A DNA stretch of 64,000 bases, taken from the NCBI GenBank assembly GCA_013626165.1, contig NDHX01000008.1:3316-67315 (forward strand). The letters run 5' to 3'. Positions 60,497-64,000 of the stretch are shown here, one piece after another. Source of the stretch: Candidatus Velesiimonas alkalicola. Lineage in GTDB: Bacteria; Omnitrophota; Gorgyraeia; Velesiimonadales; Velesiimonadaceae. The notes under the pieces are model-generated. The model did not search any database, was not told the DNA's origin, and saw only the letters and a list, made by a program, of their open reading frames with translations. Each line of letters opens with the position of its first letter. The first letter of the stretch is position 1. Made by a program: the position numbers and the translations under genes.

Positions 60497-60785
60497 TCAG
60501 ACAATAAAAGACACAGCAAGTTTTTTAAGTAAGTATGTTATAAGGCATTTCCAAACAGAAGAGCATCTTGCAAAAGAACACCGTTGGCCATTGTATGTTG
60601 AACTATTCAGTGAGCACGAACATTTTAAAAAAGAACTCGCCGATATAATAGATAAAATATCAAAACAGGGTATAGATAAAAAACTTATGCTGCATATGAA
60701 TGTTATGTTAGTGGACTGGTGGGTGGGTCATATAAATAATATTGACAGAGAACTTGTAGATTTCTTAAAAACCAAAATTAAATGA
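60378..60785 (+). CDS. Hemerythrin-like (bacteriohemerythrin) protein
   Basis: HHE cation-binding motifs (HF..EE..., H.WPLY..EH.HF); start taken at MPSHFKQ. Confidence 0.8.
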   Translation: MPSHFKQEIILGLDVIDKDHKEIFKRTDTLLTMCENDRYDQTIKDTASFLSKYVIRHFQTEEHLAKEHRWPLYVELFSEHEHFKKELADIIDKISKQGIDKKLMLHMNVMLVDWWVGHINNIDRELVDFLKTKIK

Positions 60786-60786
60786 T

Positions 60787-61785
60787 ATGGAACAAAACAT
60801 CTCACATAAATTTATTAACGGACTTAAAGAGGGTGAATTTGTGGACGGCATTTATGTTGTGAGAGAAAAACAAGTGCCCACTACAAAAAAAGGAGACCTT
60901 TATCTTACACTTGTCCTTTCTGATAAAACAGGTTGCATTGAAGCAAGAAAATGGGATATAACCAGAAATCTTGCCGATACCATAAATGTGGCCGATTATG
61001 TCCGAATAACAGGTGTTGTTGGCTCATATAGAAAACAGTTACAACTGAACATAAGCAACTTTATTCGTACAGAATCAAAAAATATTAACCCTTCCTTATA
61101 TATTCCCACCACAGATAAAGACATAGAAGAACTCTGGGATAAACTTATTTCTGTGATAAAGCAAATAAAAAATCCGTATATTGTGAAACTCTTTGAAAAT
61201 CTTTTTAGGGATGAAAAAATGTCCGTTGCGTTTAAAACAGCACCCGCCGCTGTGGAATTCCATCATGCATACTTGGGCGGACTTCTTGAGCATACAGTAT
61301 CTATGCTTAACATTGCCGAGGTTCTAATAGAGTTTTATCCGATATTGGACAGAGATATCCTTATTGCCGGCATTGTTCTGCATGACATCGGTAAGACAGA
61401 AGAGCTGGCATATGATACCACGATATATTATACAGACAGTGGAAAACTTATCGGGCATATTATACTTGGCGCAACAATCGCAAAAGGGCTTATTGACCGC
61501 ATAGAAAACTTTCCCAAAAGCATAGAAAATATTATTCTTCATTTAATATTAAGTCACCATGGAGAGATAGAATGGGGCGCTCCCAAAAGGCCTCAATGCA
61601 CAGAAGCAATTGCCGTTCACCACATTGACAACATAGATGCAAAACTTGCAGGATTTGAAAATATATTAAAAAAAGACAAAGACCCTACCTCTGCCTGGAC
61701 AGAATACAGCAAAATGTTTGACCACCAACTTTATAAAGGAATATACTTTCTGGATAATAATGAAATTGGCCCGGAAGATAAATAA
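60787..61785 (+). CDS. OB-fold + HD-domain protein, YhaM-like 3'-5' exoribonuclease family
   Basis: N-terminal OB fold, HD motif GIVLHDIGK...SHHG. Confidence 0.65.
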   Translation: MEQNISHKFINGLKEGEFVDGIYVVREKQVPTTKKGDLYLTLVLSDKTGCIEARKWDITRNLADTINVADYVRITGVVGSYRKQLQLNISNFIRTESKNINPSLYIPTTDKDIEELWDKLISVIKQIKNPYIVKLFENLFRDEKMSVAFKTAPAAVEFHHAYLGGLLEHTVSMLNIAEVLIEFYPILDRDILIAGIVLHDIGKTEELAYDTTIYYTDSGKLIGHIILGATIAKGLIDRIENFPKSIENIILHLILSHHGEIEWGAPKRPQCTEAIAVHHIDNIDAKLAGFENILKKDKDPTSAWTEYSKMFDHQLYKGIYFLDNNEIGPEDK

Positions 61786-61923
61786 AGCCTATCTTGTATA
61801 AGTAGAAAAAGTCAATAAAAAGTAAAAAGCAAACAATTTACATATTTTGGTGTGTCTATTAAGTTAATAATGTATCAAAAAGCCGACCAGATTCGTCTCT
61901 TGTCGGGCACATAAGGAGGTGCT

Positions 61924-62544
61924 ATGCAATTAAAAGATTTAATTCAGGAAAGAAGGTCTGTAAATTTTTTTGACACCACCAAATCCGTAGATGAGGCTAC
62001 TATAAAAAAAATTTATGATATAGCCAAACTATGTCCCTCATCTTTTAATCTCCAACCCTGGAAATTCATACTTGTTACAAAACCCGAAAACAAGCAAAAG
62101 CTAAGACAATGTGCATTAAACCAGCCTAAGGTTGAAGAGGCACCTGCTATGCTAATTATTCTTGCCGATAAAAACGGGTATGACCGAATGAACGAAATAT
62201 TTGATGATATGGTTGAAAAGGGATACCATAAGGAAGAAGAAAGGCAGTCATTGAATGGTCTTGCCCGGATGCTTTATGGAGGCGATATGAATTCAAGAGG
62301 ACTGGCTTTAAGAAATGCAGGGCTTTTTACTATGAGTTTTATGCTTGTTGCAAAAGATATGGGCATTGATACACATCCTATGGATGGGTTTGAACAGGAC
62401 AGGGTTAAAAAAGCGTTTAATATCCCCGATAGATATGAGGTTGCAATGCTTATGGCAGTGGGTTTTTATAATAAAAGCAATCCGCTTCTTCCAAGATTAA
62501 AAAGAAAGGACTTTGAAGAAACGGTTATAAGAGAAGGATTTTGA
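61924..62544 (+). CDS. Nitroreductase-family oxidoreductase
   Basis: ERRSVNFF N-terminal signature, 206 aa. Confidence 0.85.
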   Translation: MQLKDLIQERRSVNFFDTTKSVDEATIKKIYDIAKLCPSSFNLQPWKFILVTKPENKQKLRQCALNQPKVEEAPAMLIILADKNGYDRMNEIFDDMVEKGYHKEEERQSLNGLARMLYGGDMNSRGLALRNAGLFTMSFMLVAKDMGIDTHPMDGFEQDRVKKAFNIPDRYEVAMLMAVGFYNKSNPLLPRLKRKDFEETVIREGF

Positions 62545-62585
62545 TACGAATCAGGGACTGGCGACAGGGTTTCAAGGGCAAAACT

Positions 62586-64000
62586 TATGAGAAAAGAATT
62601 TACCATAACAATAACCGGTGAAGCAGGACAGGGAATGCAAACAATAGGTATGGTTTTGTGTGGCCTGTTTAAAAATACAGGCTGTCATATATTTGCAAAC
62701 CAGGATTATATGTCCCGCATAAGAGGAGGAAATAACTTTTTTCAGATAAGGATATCAAATACTCCTGCGTATACCCTTCGTCAGAAATTTGACATTGTTG
62801 TTGCGCTGGATAAAAACAGCGTTGAAATCCATAAACATAAACTTGCAAAAAACGGAATCATAATAGCAGATAAAAAACAGTTTAAAATATTGCAAGACGA
62901 TATTTTTGATGTTCCCTTCTATGATATAGCAAAAAAATATGGCTCTGAAATATTTATAAACTCTGTTGCCTGTGGCGTGGTGTTAAGTATTACAGGCATT
63001 GATTTTAAAATCTTAGAGGATAGTTTAAAACAAGCATTTTCCGATAAGACGACTCAGATAATAGAAAACAATATTGCATCTGCAAAACAAGGCTATGATT
63101 TTACAACGCAAGAATATAAACAGGATACATACAAGATAGTATGTTGCAGACCCACTAAAAAGTTTTTAATGAACGGCAATGATGCCATTGCACTTGGGGC
63201 CATAAAAGCAGGCTGCAAATTTTATACGGCATATCCGATGACCCCTTCTACAAGCATAATGAATGTTATTGCACATTTTGCAAAAAACTACAATATTGTT
63301 ATTGAACAGGCAGAGGATGAAATTGCTGCAATAAACATGGCAATAGGCGCATCTTTTGCAGGTGTTCGTTCAATGTCCGGAACATCGGGCGGAGGTCTTG
63401 CCCTTATGGTTGAAGGGGTAAGCCTTTCCGGTATGACAGAAACACCCGTTGTAATTGTTGATGCACAGAGGCCGGCCCCTGCCACAGGTTTTCCGACGAG
63501 AACAGAACAGGCAGATTTAAATTTTGTTCTCCATAGCGGGCATGGTGAATTTGCAAGGGCAATATTTACACCCGGCACGATTGAACAGGCGTTCTATTTA
63601 ACGATAAAAGCATTTGATATTGCTGAAAAATATCAGATACCGGTTTTTATTATGACGGACCAGCACCTTGCAGATTCTTACAGGGATGTAATCCTTGATC
63701 CAAATTCTATGATTACAAAAAGACATATCATAGGGAAAGATGAATCGGAGGGTGTGAATTCATACAAAAGATATACTCTTACAGAAAATGGGATATCTCC
63801 TCGTGCAATTCCTTCCTGGATAAAAGGTGTAATATATGTTGATAGCGATGAGCACACAGAAGAAGGACACATAACCGAAGATGCAGAGATAAGAAACAGA
63901 ATGGTAGAAAAAAGATTTTACAAAAAAATGAAGGGTTTAATGCAGGAGGTTCAGTCTCCTGAAACCTACAACGAAGATGCAGAGATAATCCTTGTCGGTT
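62586..64000 (+). CDS. 2-oxoacid:ferredoxin oxidoreductase, fused gamma-alpha subunit (partial, runs off window end)
   Basis: N-term ITGEAGQGMQT (gamma domain), then AYPMTPST alpha-subunit TPP-enzyme motif; no stop before 64000. Confidence 0.8.

Overview
This 64 kb window is low-GC bacterial chromosome, probably from an anaerobe, with most genes (~38% GC) interrupted by several higher-GC segments (~48-55%). It is mostly housekeeping operons. It carries an unusual number of origin-proximal markers in a shuffled order: dnaA at 9.1-10.5 kb on the minus strand, dnaN-DUF721-gyrB at 47-51 kb on the plus strand, and rpmH-rnpA-yidD-yidC-parA-parB at 55-60 kb on the minus strand. From 5' to 3':

- **Mo/W-cofactor and formate dehydrogenase supercluster (1-8.9 kb):** MOSC/MogA, moaC, moaA, moeA, fdhD, mobA, an N-terminally truncated formate dehydrogenase alpha gene, a head-to-head truncated tupA, then tupB and tupC. 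An extremely AT-rich palindromic region follows, immediately downstream of dnaA.
- **Pyrimidine and repair genes:** pyrF, pyrD, pyrK and ruvB.
- **Higher-GC block (15.4-19 kb):** a split YeeE/YedE transporter pair and a degraded island containing an HTH-methyltransferase remnant and a Cys-rich Zn-ribbon protein.
- **Oxidative-stress cluster (18.4-25.2 kb):** an Fe-S protein, Ogg, rubrerythrin (two copies), desulfoferrodoxin, a flavodiiron protein, an HD-domain protein, an FMN-binding protein and a flavin reductase-rubredoxin fusion (Hrb). An IS-type HTH transposase fragment sits at the GC boundary.
- **AT-rich defence island (25.2-28.9 kb):** decayed HTH and methyltransferase fragments, an intact type II restriction-modification pair, and a 350-aa HsdR_N-like/coiled-coil protein that is a candidate uncharacterised defence gene.
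- **Housekeeping block (28.9-47 kb):** rnhA, purM, purF, purQ, ribH-nusB-ribD-ribE, a lysine cluster using the LL-diaminopimelate aminotransferase route (lysA-dapF-dapA-dapB-dapL), folK, argS, an unusual PHP-domain/shikimate-kinase fusion, and dprA.
- **Downstream block (51-64 kb):** a xylose-isomerase-like gene with an FGGY kinase, a hypothetical lipoprotein-like gene, trpA, then parB-parA-yidC-yidD-rnpA-rpmH on the minus strand, and diverging from rpmH a hemerythrin, a YhaM-like OB/HD protein, a nitroreductase and a partial 2-oxoacid:ferredoxin oxidoreductase.

The hunt produced six main observations:
- A dispersed family of GGT/GGTGC-rich 7-8 bp periodic tandem-repeat hairpin elements sits at eight or more intergenic sites. 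Several run into gene 3' ends.
- The parA-yidC spacer is a candidate centromere/oriC module, with a near-consensus parS, a perfect DnaA box and direct repeats.
- A 140 bp perfect-ish tandem duplication covers the 5' end of the hemerythrin gene.
- Two loci carry decayed C-protein/methyltransferase modules that share a ~130 bp repeat.
- Deletion of the shared promoter region has truncated the divergent fdhA and tupA gene pair.
- The sequence is a compositional mosaic.

No CRISPR array, rRNA or tRNA was found.
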